DNA of 63,760 bases, filler included, from Octopus bimaculoides (GCF_001194135.2; 5 parts of 4 records of this genome joined end to end with filler, not necessarily neighbours in it); one strand, 5' to 3'. Numbered from the whole stretch's first letter, positions 23,888 to 37,880 are shown. Program-made: numbers and translations. Notes: a model not told the origin generated them from the sequence alone.

Positions 23888-24130
23888 GTATGTATTTATG
23901 TAATTGCGTATACTGCATACTCTGGAGGGAATTGTTATATTCTCGGGAAATTATGAAGGTATAGCAACCAAATAATCGATATTTCGACCTAGCACCGTCT
24001 TTCGGTGCATTTTGTTTCATTTATTCTCGTACAGTGACATAACGTATATACAAATGTGTGTGTGCGCGCGCGTATGTGCGCGAATGTCTCTGTGTGTGTG
24101 TTTATGTATATGTGTGTGTATACATATATA

Positions 24131-24170
<40 letters not shown>

Positions 24171-24595
24171 TATATATATGTACACACACACACACTCATA
24201 TATGTGTGGGGGTGTATAGGTGGGGTATGCGTGTGTGTATGTATGTATTAATCTGTGTTAATTTCAAAGATATCTGATCTGGTGATCTGGTGCTTGAAGA
24301 TTTGTCAATTAAATATAGAAGAATTATGCACTGCACCAAGAGATCGTATTGCTAAGTGCACCGAAAATAAACAAAATTCTCACACAGGACTATCAACATA
24401 ATAAATTATTTAGCTTTACACCTGCTGATCCCTTTGGAGGTTATAACACCAAAGTTGACCTAGAATTAACCTAGAAATATATTCCCATATAGGGTTAATT
24501 GTATCATAGGTTCTAAGGCTGCCCAAATAATTTCTCTTACCAAGTGTACACTATCAGGTTATCTATTCTAGATGATTAACTACATATGTAGATAA

Positions 24596-24640
<45 letters not shown>

Positions 24641-24699
24641 TAACTATCTAGAATAATAGTATATGTATATGTAAATATAAATGTATATATCTGTTAATA

Positions 24700-24785
<86 letters not shown>

Positions 24786-25299
24786 GAATGTGAGGTTTAA
24801 TAGAATCAGGAAAACAACTCGGAAATTTTGAGGGATATTTAGTTACAGCCACTAAAGTTATGTATTCAAATACCGGCGATGACAAATGCACCCTCATCAA
24901 GTAAGCTCAAAACGTCTGGCCTAATGTCACAATTGGAAATCTGTATATATAATACAGGCTGACTATGAGAACGTGAATGTTAGTAATTAAATCGAATTTG
25001 AGTGGAATCCCAATAGGTCGGAATCATTTTCTATTTCTTGTTATACCCACTTCTTACATATCTGAATGTTTAACCCTCCCACATAAAAAGTTTTGATCAA
25101 GGAGAAAATTTTCTTAACCTAGAGAATAAATTGTAATCAATTTGCAGAAAACATAAACTGAAGCAAAGACATTATGCATAGGAAAGTATATTTTTTACTT
25201 GTCGATAAATTTGTTTCGCTGTGACATTTTCGATGTCAGATATATTACGAAAAATAATGGATGCCATTCAGTCCAGACACGAACGCGGTGTTCTATAGA

Positions 25300-26140
25300 T
25301 TTTGCTGGACATTCATATAAATATGATAATATGATTTATGCGTTCATATATATATATATGAGCTTGTACAATAATTGCATTCAAACAAGTGAATCTTAAA
25401 GTGTGTGCATTCATACAAAGAAAACTGTACGAGGTACACGCCTATACAAGTATGCCTTGTATGTGTTCATACAAATGAATTACTACGATGTATGTTAATA
25501 CGTTATTTATATTCCTGCTGCCAGGTTTTCATCTATGAAAGCAATATAGCTCGTTGTATTTCAACACACAACTATAATTAAATATGTGTCACCGTTGAGC
25601 TCTTGCAACTAATAACTCATAGACTTTTAACTACTAGCGAAAGCCATCTTGTCATTGTAGTATAGGTATTGTATTGCTGGTCTGCAATCTATGTCACTGC
25701 TACTACCTTTCTTGCAGCTTCTATATCAAGGAACTACAACTGCTTATTAATATAAGATATAGCAGCAAATGCAGTTATTTAAAAAAAAGAATTGAAAAGC
25801 AAGAACATACTAAAATCGGTGAAATATCAACGAAGATTGAAAGAAACAAAATTCCACAAAGTTTTTGTGTGTCTATGTAACTGAATCTGTATGATGTGTG
25901 CGTTCATATAAATGATTTAGTATGACATGTACACTCATGTAAATAAGTTCTTGCATTCAGTCATACAAGTGACCCTACATTTTGTGTGCACCAACACAAG
26001 TGAATCTGCATTTTTTGTATGTATTTGACTGTACTTGCGTGTGTACCTGCTTGTGTGCATGTGTGTGTGTGTGTCCATGTATGTACCTATAAATGAATAT
26101 ACGTGCTTTTTCGTACATGTGACTCTATGTAATTGTAAAC
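25300..26140 (+). repeat. Diverged ~30-bp minisatellite in two blocks (~25300-25500 and ~25880-26140)
   Basis: Recurring GTGTGC(A/G)TTCATACAA(A/G)TGAATCTG-like unit. Confidence 0.55.
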
Positions 26141-26932
26141 GTCTTATATATCGATAGTTTGCCTATTTATCACACCTTCTCCTTCTCCACGTCTAACCTA
26201 TCAAGTGTAGTCCTCATTCTGTTCACACTTCCCCCACCACCCGGGTGTTTAGTTAGAAATATGTCCACATCCAAAACTGTCTTATTACTCCTTTGCACCT
26301 GATTACACTAATTACACATAATCCAACCTATGAATAAGATCATTAGTAACGATTAACAATCGCTCTTGACACTTAGCTTTTTAACGCCATCCTATTCAAT
26401 AACCTTCAGACATGTTTCTGTATTCTCAACTGTCATCATTTTACTCATCTACTTACAGTCAGACATTTTTAAATGTCTATGATGGACTCTCCCATCGAAG
26501 ATAGCGTATGAGTGTTCAGCTTTTGGCGAACGACCTGCACAAAATTATTTGTTTATAGTGATTAAATGTTCGTGCTGTACATTAGCTCACTCACTCCTTG
26601 AAATCGACGTTGTTAGAACAGGTGCACGCTGTACCACACATCAGGTGTCGAAGTGATGGCAGAGTAACGTGAGATGAAGTGTTTTATTCAAGATCACAAC
26701 ACAGTACTCGATCTAGGGATTGAAACCACGCGATCGTTAGTGTAACACCCTAACTACCAGGTCATGCATATATATATATTTCTTGTTTCAGTCATTAGAC
26801 TGAGGTTATGCTCTCTTTTGGCGAACCTCTAAGCTTGGGAGACATAAATACACCAAAACCAGTTGTCGAGCGATGGTTAGGGACAAGGACAAAGAAACGC
26901 ACAAACACACACATATGTATACACACACACAC

Positions 26933-27087
26933 TACGGACTTTTTTCAGTTTTCGTCTACCAAATCCTCGTGAGTGGATTTGGTCGGCCTGGGGCTATAGT
27001 AGAAGACACTTGCCCTACTATAGCCTCAAGCTGACCAAAGCCCTGTGAGTGGATTTAGTGGATTGAAACTGAAAGAATCCCGTCGTA
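26933..27087. mobile_element. Head-to-head inverted pair of SINE segments forming a hairpin
   Basis: ..GGCTATAGTAG (to 27002) / CTACTATAGCC.. (from 27015); ~70-bp arms around AAGACACTTGCC. Confidence 0.8.
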
Positions 27088-27102
27088 TATATACATGTGA
27101 GT

Positions 27103-27153
<51 letters not shown>

Positions 27154-28559
27154 CATGCATTGAGACATACATACGTTCAGTTTGTCATAAACACTTATAC
27201 GAAGTTTACCATTGGTGAAAATTCGAAGTCGCTATTAACTATTTCTTTTTGAATATCGATTATATATTTTAGATATATTTAATGAGTAAATTTGCAGTTA
27301 ATGTTTAAATGTCACTATTTATAATCATGCTTACACTCACATTATGTGTATTTGTTGTATTGCCGCAATATGTAAATATTCTATATAGATGAATGGTGGG
27401 ATAAGTTGCAAAACTCGACGTTGACTGGCAGGATTTGAACTCGGTCACTAATCACCCAAATTAATCATTACTCGGTTCGTTACCATCTGTACCACTCGTA
27501 CATAGCCGATAATAATCTCGCAATAAATTGTATTAAGATTATAGTAACAACGTTTTCAAATTTTGGCACAATGACAGCAATTTTTGCGAGTCAGAGATCG
27601 TTGCATGATTATATTTCATGATTTAAGTTTGCATGTTTTCGAAATAACTGAGGATTGATGCTAGACAAAGTTTCACAAAGAGAATTAATAAAGTTCGGTG
27701 ATTAGTTATCATTCGTAGTGTTCGTGCAACCTTTTGCAAGAAGCAAATCGTTTCCATAAATGTTTCCCCAGCGCAGCATGACAAGTGAGATTTCCAAGCA
27801 AGGAGACATCATTATATTCACCAATACATAATTACAACTGTCGTGTCACTGAAGTACTTCACTGGCTGTTATAGTCACTTCGTTCTGACAACTCTACCAA
27901 TTCGCCGTGTAGGGGTGAATACGTTAACCGATTACCTAGTTCGAATGTTTGCGACAGAGTGGACTCTGTTAAAGGCCACCAAAATTCAAGCTGAAGAGTT
28001 GTCAAACAGGGCGACGGGCGATGTCTGTTACTGAAGACTAAGAACGGTACCACTGTCAGGTTTTCGCAAAAGATACGTCTACTGAATTTCATATACAAGT
28101 TTTGGGCCGACTCAAGGTTTTACTAAAAAGAAATCACTTGCTGAAGATGCCGCCCATTGAGACGAGGTGAACGTCTTGACAACTCAGCAATACCTTAGTA
28201 ATTTTTTTCAGTTAGGAGATCGAATCGCGACCTGCCTCGATAAGTAAATTCCTTTTAAAATACAATACATGTAGAGGACCTTGAAGAACAGCATGATGGA
28301 ATTTTACGACAAATTGTTTTTGTTTTTTTTTCTGGTGGTGGATTTCACCTATCCATTCCTAAAATAAAATACTGCTTTGTTTTGTTCATCGGCCCAGGAT
28401 GAATTGAAGTGTCCAAGTGTAAATATCTTCCATCAATTATTCCGTCTCGTTCACACCTTTTCCTGCAGAAACGATAATGAAGAGACACTTTCACTTACTA
28501 AAGTAATTTTCGATAACAAATGAAATGGCTGGGATGAAATGGAAGGGAGAATTGTGAGG

Positions 28560-29700
28560 TGAAGGGGTGAGGGGTGAGTGAATGAGGACATATATTAAAA
28601 GGTAAAGAGAGGGAGGGTGAGAGAGTGATATTTAAAAGAGTTAACATCAGAGAGAAAAGTTGCAGGAGGAGGCGGATAAAAAAAAGCGATATATTAGAAA
28701 ACAAATAGATAGAAATGAAATAAGAGTCGAAATATAGCTGGGAGGAGATACTAAGGAAATGGAGTCGAAAGCAGAAACAGACGGAGGAGTGGATTAGGAA
28801 GGGGGAGGAGGAGGAGAAAGGGGAGAGGAAGAGGAAGAAGAAGAGGAATGAGAAGAGGAATGAGAAGAGGAATAAGAGGAAGAGGAAAGAGAAGGGAGGA
28901 AAAAGAGGAAAAGAAAGAGGAAGAGAGGAGAAAGAGAAAGATGAAGAGGAAGGGGACTGGGAAGAAGAGGAAGGGGGCTGGGAAGAAGAAGAAGGGGAAG
29001 GGAGGACAAAGAGGAAAAGAAAGAGGAAGAGGAGGAAAAGGAAGAAGAGGAGAAAGAGGAAGAGGAATGGAAGGAAAAGAAAAATGAGGAAGCGGAAGAG
29101 GGGAGAAATAGGAAGATGAAGAGGGGAGAAAGAGGAAGAGGAAGATGATGAAGATGAAGTGGAAGATGATGAAGAGGATGAAGAGGGGAAAAGAGCAAGA
29201 GGAAGATGAGGAAGAGAAAGTGGAGGAAGATGAAGTGGAGGAAGATGAAGTGGAGGAAGATGAAGAGGAGGAAGATGAAGGGGAAGAGAAAAAGAGAAAG
29301 AAGAGAAAGAAGAGAAAGAAGAGAAAGAAGAGAAAGAAGAGAAAGAAGAGAAAGAAGAGAAAGAAGAGGATGAAAGGCAAAGTCGACCTCAGCGGAATCT
29401 GAACTTAGAACATAGAGTCGGAAGGAAAGCCACCAAGCATTTTGTCCGGCTTACTTAACGATTCTGGTAGCTCACATCTTAGGGAGGTCATAAACAATAG
29501 TTGGGCGAACATAGAAGAGAAGAAACGATGAATGGGAGATGAGAAGAAATGAAGGGAGATGAAGGGGAAATGAGGGGGAGGAAGAGAGATGAAGGGGAAA
29601 TGGGGGAGACGAAGAAAGATGAAAGGAAGATAAAGAGAGATGTGTGAAGATGAAAGGAGGACGATAAGAGATGACTGGGGATGATAAACGGGAGAAAAAC
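28560..29700. repeat. Long polypurine (GA-rich) low-complexity tract including (AAGAGAAAG)n
   Basis: + strand nearly devoid of C; 9-mer array at ~29290-29365; interrupted by a SINE head (-) at ~29370-29480. Confidence 0.9.
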
Positions 29701-30250
29701 AGGATTTCGTATAAAGCAATGTATAATTTCCATCAGTAAGAGTGAAAATAAATCAGAACACAATAATGTAAGTCACAACATTCACTATTTTATTTTATAT
29801 TACTGGTCACTGATAAATAATTAAGATCTCATTAGCAAACATAATTAACAAGCAATCACGTTATAGAACAATATAATTATAATAGACTTTGGTAGATCTG
29901 AAAATGTCAAGGGTTATACGTGTGCAAAAACTGGACTGATGTCAACAATAGTATACAGAAATTGGAGTGTGTTTGCTTACTTTCGAATGTGCATATAAGT
30001 ATGCGGATGTGTATATGCATAAATTATGTGGGTGAGAATTAGTAGTAAAGCCTTATATGTATAGTTTCAGGGTATTCTTCTTCAGGGTGGAGCCATGTAG
30101 CTGCAAGTGTTGTGTAATAAAGTGTTTTTATAATATGCAAAGAAATGTCTTTTATTGGCTGACCAGGAAAAAAGGAATTTCTTGGGAGGGAAATGTGGTA
30201 AAATATGAACAGGCAGAAGATGAAAAAAAGGAGAAAGCAGATATTTAAAG

Positions 30251-30493
30251 CAGTGTTTCTCAGCCATTTTTTTTTAACGTACGGACCCCTTTAATCCCTA
30301 TTTTACTCAAATGGACACTCCTAGTCATTCGATGTTTTAGAAAATCATATTTTTATAAATATTATTAGGAATTGTACACAAAAATATTGTTAAAATATTT
30401 TATGAATTGTATAACAAATTTAATGCAGATAATTTAAACAAAATCTTATATATGCCCCCCAAGAGCCATGTTGATCTCGATTGAAAACCACTG
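30251..30493. mobile_element. hAT-type MITE (243 bp) with 8-bp target-site duplication
   Basis: TIRs CAGTGTTTCTCA / TGAAAACCACTG (10/12); identical ATTTAAAG at 30243-30250 and 30494-30501. Confidence 0.9.
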
Positions 30494-31992
30494 ATTTAAA
30501 GGGTGGGAATAGAAAGAAAAGGGTGTAATGACGTTTTCTTAGTTTGACGTTGAAACTAGTTGGGTGGTAACTGCTAAATTAGTTGCATTTAGTGAGAGAA
30601 ATTATGGATTGCTTATATGTTATTGATAACATTCGTTGGCGAATCTTTGTATCAATAGACGAAGGAGTTAGATTTGTATTAGAGTACAGATGACAGAGAC
30701 GTTACAGAAAGAACACATTCAGTGATTTGTATTTTTATGAATCTAGTCAGTTGGTTTTTTCTAATTTGGTTATGTTTAGTGTAAGAAATTAGTGACTAAT
30801 TTTATGCTACAGTCGAGTTTCATTGAAGAATGCATGCAAATACATATGCGACAGGTTACAATTTTTATCGGAGCTCAGGTCAAAAATATTTCAAATTCAG
30901 TGGTTTCGATTAAAAGGTTGTCTCTAATTGCATATATATACACGTGTGTGTATGTGTGTGTGTGTATGTGTGTGTGTGTATGTGTAGGTAAAAATAATAT
31001 ATTTGGATAGAAAAATGTTCACAGAACCGCCCATGACGTTTCAAACACACGTATATCGTATGGCATGGTCGCTTGAATTTCGACAGATTTGCAGTTCGAT
31101 TCCCATGACCCGATGTGTGNNNNNNNNNNNNNNNNNNNNNNNNNNNNNNNNNNNNNNNNNNNNNNNNNNNNNNNNNNNNNNNNNNNNNNNNNNNNNNNNN
31201 NNNNNNNNNNNNNNNNNNNNNNTTATGTTTCATTCCGTTACTTCCTCTATAGAGTTGCTTTTCATTTCTCTCCTTTACTAATTTTATAGCTACTTTGTAA
31301 TAAAAATATTATAATTACGCATTAAACCTCTTAAATATATATATATATATAAAATTTTCTACGTAATTATTGTAACACTTCACTTTAAATTTATATACAA
31401 ATGTATTTACTGCGTACAAAAGAAATAGCTTGTTTAAATTATTTCACTTACATAAATATAAGTAGCTGTTCTCATGTGATAGTAAATTATGCTTGAATTT
31501 AAATTTGTTCCATGTTCTTACGTCTTATAAGGAAAAACGGCTTTACTTCTAAATCCACCAACTTTTAACACATTCATGAATTTCCTCCTTTCATTCCTGT
31601 TCTTCGCGCCTACATTTTCACAACAAAATATAATTTCTAAGGTCTTTCTCCATTAACTCCGACTATGTTATTTTGAAACCTGAAATATTTCTCAAATTGT
31701 AAACGTTAACTGCACGTACGCACACGTACATGTGTGTGTGTGTGTGTGTGCGTGTGTGTATGTTCAGAGAAGAAGAGAGGGACCGAGAAAGTGATAGGTG
31801 ATATAGAGAGAGAGGAGTGATAGAGACAGGGTGAGGTAGAGATAAATTTTTAATTCTCATATATGTGCACGTGTTTGCATGCATATTACTATAGTGATGT
31901 GTGTGTGTAATGTCTGACGTCATAAGAATTTAGAAACATCGAAAGCGTAAAATAATTTTTCGTTCTTATTATTTTGGGGTAGGGGGGGCAGT

Positions 31993-32108
31993 GATTCTCG
32001 AAGCAGATAAAGCTGAAAATAGTAACGAGTAAATATTGAGTTTTAAAAAACTATCTGCACAGAAAAATCGAAGACTTCTTATTTACAGCTTTATCTGCTT
32101 CGGGAGTC
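31993..32108. mobile_element. Small MITE-like inverted repeat
   Basis: Perfect 17-bp inverted core CGAAGCAGATAAAGCTG (31999-32015) / CAGCTTTATCTGCTTCG (32086-32102) within ~30-bp imperfect arms. Confidence 0.75.
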
Positions 32109-32405
32109 AACATTCCCAAAAAGATATATATGTGTGTATGTAAACGTATGTATGTATTAATAAATGCATATATACATACATGCATGTGTGCGTGCGCGTG
32201 TGTGTGTTCATACCTACATAGGTGATATTAGAAATTACGATCACGTCATGAGAAACTGCGCCTTTCGAATTGCTTTGACACCTTTGATAATGTTAAATCT
32301 CCTGTGGATCTTTAACAGTAGTTAAGTCTCGTGATGTAAAACACCTTTAGGGCAACACACGAAGGACACTAAGTACAAGAACCGTCTCAGTCAACCATTA
32401 TCTAC

Positions 32406-32443
<38 letters not shown>

Positions 32444-33017
32444 CGTACGTGCGTTGTTGGTGTTGTTGTTGTTCTTGTTGTTGCAGCTGCTGGTGTAGTT
32501 GTCTAAAAAAAGTGTCAGCATATACCAGCACTCATATATTGGTTGAGTAGTGGGGAGGGGCGGTATTATTACTAATAAAATACAATATTATATTCTTATA
32601 TCAATCACTTCCCCTGTTGGTTTCATACCAGGAGTTGAGATAACATCAACAATCGTCAGAAAGGGCTAAAAGGAAAAGTACCTTTTACCACTATGGAATT
32701 ATATGACCGATACTCTACGTAGAATATGCTAACTCCATCCAATGAGATAAGAAATTACTTTTCATTTCAGTTCTTTTTTTTATTATTATTGCAGAGATTA
32801 TTTCAACTCTTGGATGAAACTGATTGGTAATATGGCTGATACGGGAATACAACACTATTATTGTTGTTGTTCTTCTTTTTTGTTAATGTTATAAAATTTT
32901 TATTTTATCATTAATAATAATAATATACGCATGTATGTGTATATAGTTAGGTAAAAATATATACATATATTTATATGTGTATGCATATATATATGCATAT
33001 GTATGTGTACATATACT

Positions 33018-33061
<44 letters not shown>

Positions 33062-33850
33062 TGTATTTATACGTATATAAATATATGTATATGTGCGTGT
33101 ATATATATGTGCGCGTGTATGATTGTATAGGTGTGTACGTCAANNNNNNNNNNNNNNNNNNNNNNNNNNNNNNNNNNNNNNNNNNNNNNNNNNNNNNNNN
33201 NNNNNNNNNNNNNNNNNNNNNNNNNNNNNNNNNNNNNNNNNNNNNNNNNNNNNNNNNNNNNNNNNNNNNNNNNNNNNNNNNNNNNNNNNNNNNNNNNNNN
33301 NNNNNNNNNNNNNNNNNNNNNNNNNNNNNNNNNNNNNNNNNNNNNNNNNNNNNNNNNNNNNNNNNNNNNNNNNNNNNNNNNNNNNNNNNNNNNNNNNNNN
33401 NNNNNNNNNNNNNNNNNNNNNNNNNNNNNNNNNNNNNNNNNNNNNNNNNNNNNNNNNNNNNNNNNNNNNNNNNNNNNNNNNNNNNNNNNNNNNNNNNNNN
33501 NNNNNNNNNNNNNNNNNNNNNNNNNNNNNNNNNNNNNNNNNNNNNNNNNNNNNNNNNNNNNNNNNNNNNNNNNNNNNNNNNNNNNNNNNNNNNNNNNNNN
33601 NNNNNNNNNNNNNNNNNNNNNNNNNNNNNNNNNNNNNNNNNNNNNNNNNNNNNNNNNNNNNNNNNNNNNNNNNNNNNNNNNNNNNNNNNNNNNNNNNNNN
33701 NNNNNNNNNNNNNNNNNNNNNNNNNNNNNNNNNNNNNNNNNNNNNNNNNNNNNNNNNNNNNNNNNNNNNNNNNNNNNNNNNNNNNNNNNNNNNNNNNNNN
33801 NNNNNNNNNNNNNNNNNNNNNNNNNNNNNNNNNNNNNNNNNNNNNNNNNN

Positions 33851-33882
<32 letters not shown>

Positions 33883-34064
33883 TACATACATATATATATA
33901 TACATATATACATACATACATATATAAATATATATATAAACATATGCATATGCATATATGCATATTTATTATGTGTATATATATATAAATATACACATTT
34001 TATTATGTATCTATATATAGGTGTGTGTGTATATATACATAATGAATATGTGTGTATGTGTGTG

Positions 34065-34096
<32 letters not shown>

Positions 34097-34319
34097 AACA
34101 TCTGCATCCGCATATATACAGACACACACAAAAGAATATAATCATAAATATGTGTGTTTATGTATATGCATTTGTGTGTGTGCGTGTGTGCGTGCGTGCG
34201 TGTGTGCGTGCGTGTGTGCGTGCGTGCGTGTGTGCGTGCGTGCGTGTGTGTATGGGTGTGTGTGTGCGCGTGTCTGTGTGTGTGAGATAAATCTGAAGTC
34301 ATATACATCATTTTGGGTC

Positions 34320-34505
34320 TTGGCAGAATAGCGCCTCAGACAAAATGCTTAACATTTTTCTGGTATTTTATGCTCTCAATTCAAATCCCGCCGAAGTCAT
34401 CTTTGCTCGTACATCCCTCCCCGGTTTCAGCCATGTTTTGGGAAACGATGTAATCGATTTACCCCCTTCCACGAATTTACTAGCCTTGTGCCAAAACTTG
34501 AAATC
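34320..34505 (+). mobile_element. tRNA-derived SINE with (TTG)n tail
   Basis: TGGCAGAAT..AATTCAAATCCCGCCGAAGTC..GCCTTGTGCCAAAACTTGAAATC; same family as 13329. Confidence 0.7.
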
Positions 34506-34574
34506 ATTATTGTTGTTGTTGTTGTTGTTTTTGTTCTTGTTCCTTATCTTGTTGTTCCTGTTGCTGTTGTTGTT

Positions 34575-35064
34575 GAGTGAGAGAGCTGCGCATGCCATCA
34601 AAGTGACACTGGGGTCAACATAACATATACGAAGGTCAACAAATACCCGTCTGATGATAAGGGTACATCAGGCACATGCATCACAACCGTATGTGCGCCA
34701 CATAACTTTTTTATTAAAATAAATAGCAGATGAACTTACAGGTGGGGCCCAATTAGAATTTTCTTCATGTTGTGTAGCCCATCCTGCTCAAAATGTCCCG
34801 GAATAAGGTTTGTTTAAGGATGTTAAACAAAACGCCCATGTTTCCAGTGATGAATTATTCAAACTCCTAAGAATTCCTCTCAACATGGCTATGATGCTCC
34901 CCTCCTACTTTTGCTCGTGATCAGCCATCAAGGGACAAGCAAATCTGTGGTCCTGGGCAAAATATTTGTTATAGCCCTTCTTTTACATCAAGACAAAACA
35001 TTTACATGATAACAGTTAAGATCAGAAGCCATGAAAGCCACTGCTCGGTATTGCCTCAGGGTAT
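34575..35064 (-). mobile_element. Putative retroelement 3' region ending in an (AAC)n tail
   Basis: Non-coding ~490 bp ending GATGGCATGCGCAGCTCTCTCACTC(AAC)n; recalled as a common octopus repeat, not verified. Confidence 0.45.
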
Positions 35065-35067
35065 ATC

Positions 35068-35250
35068 ATATGTTTGGCTTTTGCTTTGTGCTTGTACAAG
35101 TCTCACCCAGAGACCTCAAGAGACAAGTTAGAAGTTCGAGTTGGTGCTATGACTAGGGTGCCATGTGTTTAGTCTTGCATAGAGTATTGTTCTAGACAAT
35201 GTCTTTCAAGACATAAGCAAATTAAAAGTTTGTTTTAAAAGTAATTTAAA

Positions 35251-35344
<94 letters not shown>

Positions 35345-35508
35345 GTTTGGCTTTTGCTATGTATTGAGTCCAATACACGTATTGACACGTTGACTCCAAA
35401 TCCAGAAACCTCGAGAGACAAATTCAAGTTGGTATTATGACTAAGGTGCTATACTTTTGGTTTTGCATAGAGTATTGTTCTAGAGAATGTCTGTGAAAAC
35501 AAGAAAAT
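35068..35508 (-). mobile_element. Two tandem retroelement 3'-end copies (35068-35222, 35341-35508) separated by (TAA)n
   Basis: Both contain ATATGTTTGGCTTTTGCT..GAGACAA..AGTTGGT..ATGACTA.GGTGC..TTGCATAGAGTATTGTTCTAGA.AATGTC; (TTA)n at 35252-35340 and ~35509-35602. Confidence 0.6.
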
Positions 35509-35534
35509 TATTATTACCTTTATTATTTATTATG

Positions 35535-35603
<69 letters not shown>

Positions 35604-36363
35604 TCATGAGAAGTTTATAAACTTTTAATGAATTTGGAGAAAAGCAATAGAATATTACAAATAGATGTCTATTGTATGTATGCAAGTATGTGTGTTTGTT
35701 TGTGTGTGTGCGTGTGTGTGTGTGTGTGTGTGTATGTATGTGTGTGTGTGTGTGCGTATGAATGGTTATGACAGCGTGTATGCATAACACTACTCCATTC
35801 GATGTATGCCATCATCGAAAAAAGATTCACGTAAATATAGAAAAATCCTACAAGTGCAAAATACAGGAAAGTTTGCTCATAGAAATGGAATCTACAAAAT
35901 TGTGCCACGAGCTGCTCATATTTACAAGTTGATTTTTAAATCATTCTAGATGAAAATCGATTTCCTTCGCATTCAGCTTGCAATGTCATACTGTATACTG
36001 TCCAACGTATCACGTCTTGTATTCATAATGTAGATAGGTACTTGAAATATTTACACCTTTAACTAAATATTTACGTTTAGATATGAATGTCTATATGTAT
36101 GAATGTAAATATTATGAATGTAAATATTATGTATGTATGTGTGTGTGCATAATGTATATATATATATATATTCAATCTGTATATATATGAGTGTGTATGT
36201 GTAATAATGTTATATGAGTATATACATGTACGTATATATGTGTGTGTGTGTGTGTGTGTATGAATGTATAGATGCACAGAGACTTACGCACGTACATGTA
36301 GACAGGTGTGAGTGCGTGTGTACGTGTGTGTGTCTGTATGTATATGTATATATATATATATAT

Positions 36364-36411
<48 letters not shown>

Positions 36412-36494
36412 ACACATATATATGTATGCGTGTTATGTTTATATAGATTTCTGTGTGTATATTATGTATGTATACTCGCACATAATACATATAT

Positions 36495-36570
<76 letters not shown>

Positions 36571-36580
36571 TCATACATAC

Positions 36581-36641
<61 letters not shown>

Positions 36642-36749
36642 CATACATATACATGTACATATATACATATATATGTATGTATGAATGTATGTAAGTATGT
36701 ATTGTATGTATGCATGTATGTATGCATGTTAGTAAGTATGTGCGTTATT

Positions 36750-36780
<31 letters not shown>

Positions 36781-36958
36781 ACAGACAGACAGACACATAC
36801 ACATGCTATATTCTACCAGAGTAACGGCAGCCATATTTTTCCATTGTGATAGAATTGGAGATGTCTCAGAAGATGATACTATTGTATTAATGCCAGTAAT
36901 TGCCACCCGCGCCAGAGAGAGAGAGAGAGATAGATGTATATATATGTATATATATATA

Positions 36959-37002
<44 letters not shown>

Positions 37003-37271
37003 TATAATACATATCTTTCTTTTGTGTTTTATTCGTTCCAGTCATGACACTACAACCATCCTGGGGCACCGCCTTGAAAGTTTAAGTCGAACGAATCGAC
37101 CCAGTACTTATTTTTTAAGCCTTATACTTATTCAATCGGCTCTCGTTTGCTGAACCGCTAAGTTACGAGGGCGTGAATACACCAACACCGGTTGTCAATT
37201 AGTGGTGAGGTAGAAACAAACATAGGCACTAAGTCAGACATGAACAAACACACACGCACATACGCATACAC

Positions 37272-37339
<68 letters not shown>

Positions 37340-37771
37340 TGATTGATTGATAGAGAGATAGGGAGAGACAGAGAGAGAGAGAAAGAGAGAGAAATAGGTA
37401 GAGAGAGAGTTATATACGTACATATATATGCCTATATACGCTCACAGACATATATGCACACTCATGCACAAACATATATGTATACGCACATTCATACATA
37501 CACACACATATCCATGCAGACATACATACATACATACATACATACATACATAAATGCATGCATATATTCCTACGTACTTACAAACAAACAATTCAGTTTA
37601 ACTTATTGTTGTATGTTTTATGAATGAATTCTGATATATGACAAAGACACAATGTCATTTTGATTACTGTATTGTGGTGGTTATTTTGGGAAAGAGATAT
37701 TGTAACGAAAATAATTATGGTGTGTGTTGACATATTTCTAATTGGAAATCGAATCTTCAGTAACTTATGAT

Positions 37772-37880
<109 letters not shown>

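Noticed and set aside
27843-28480. Short ORFs and a minus-strand acceptor (TTTCTGCAG near 28465) as host exons
   Set aside because: No recognisable homology, early stops in most frames, no convincing donor pairing.
28751-29402. K/R/E-rich and F/S/L-rich ORFs resembling nuclear or membrane proteins
   Set aside because: Products of the polypurine tract; no domain, no splice support.
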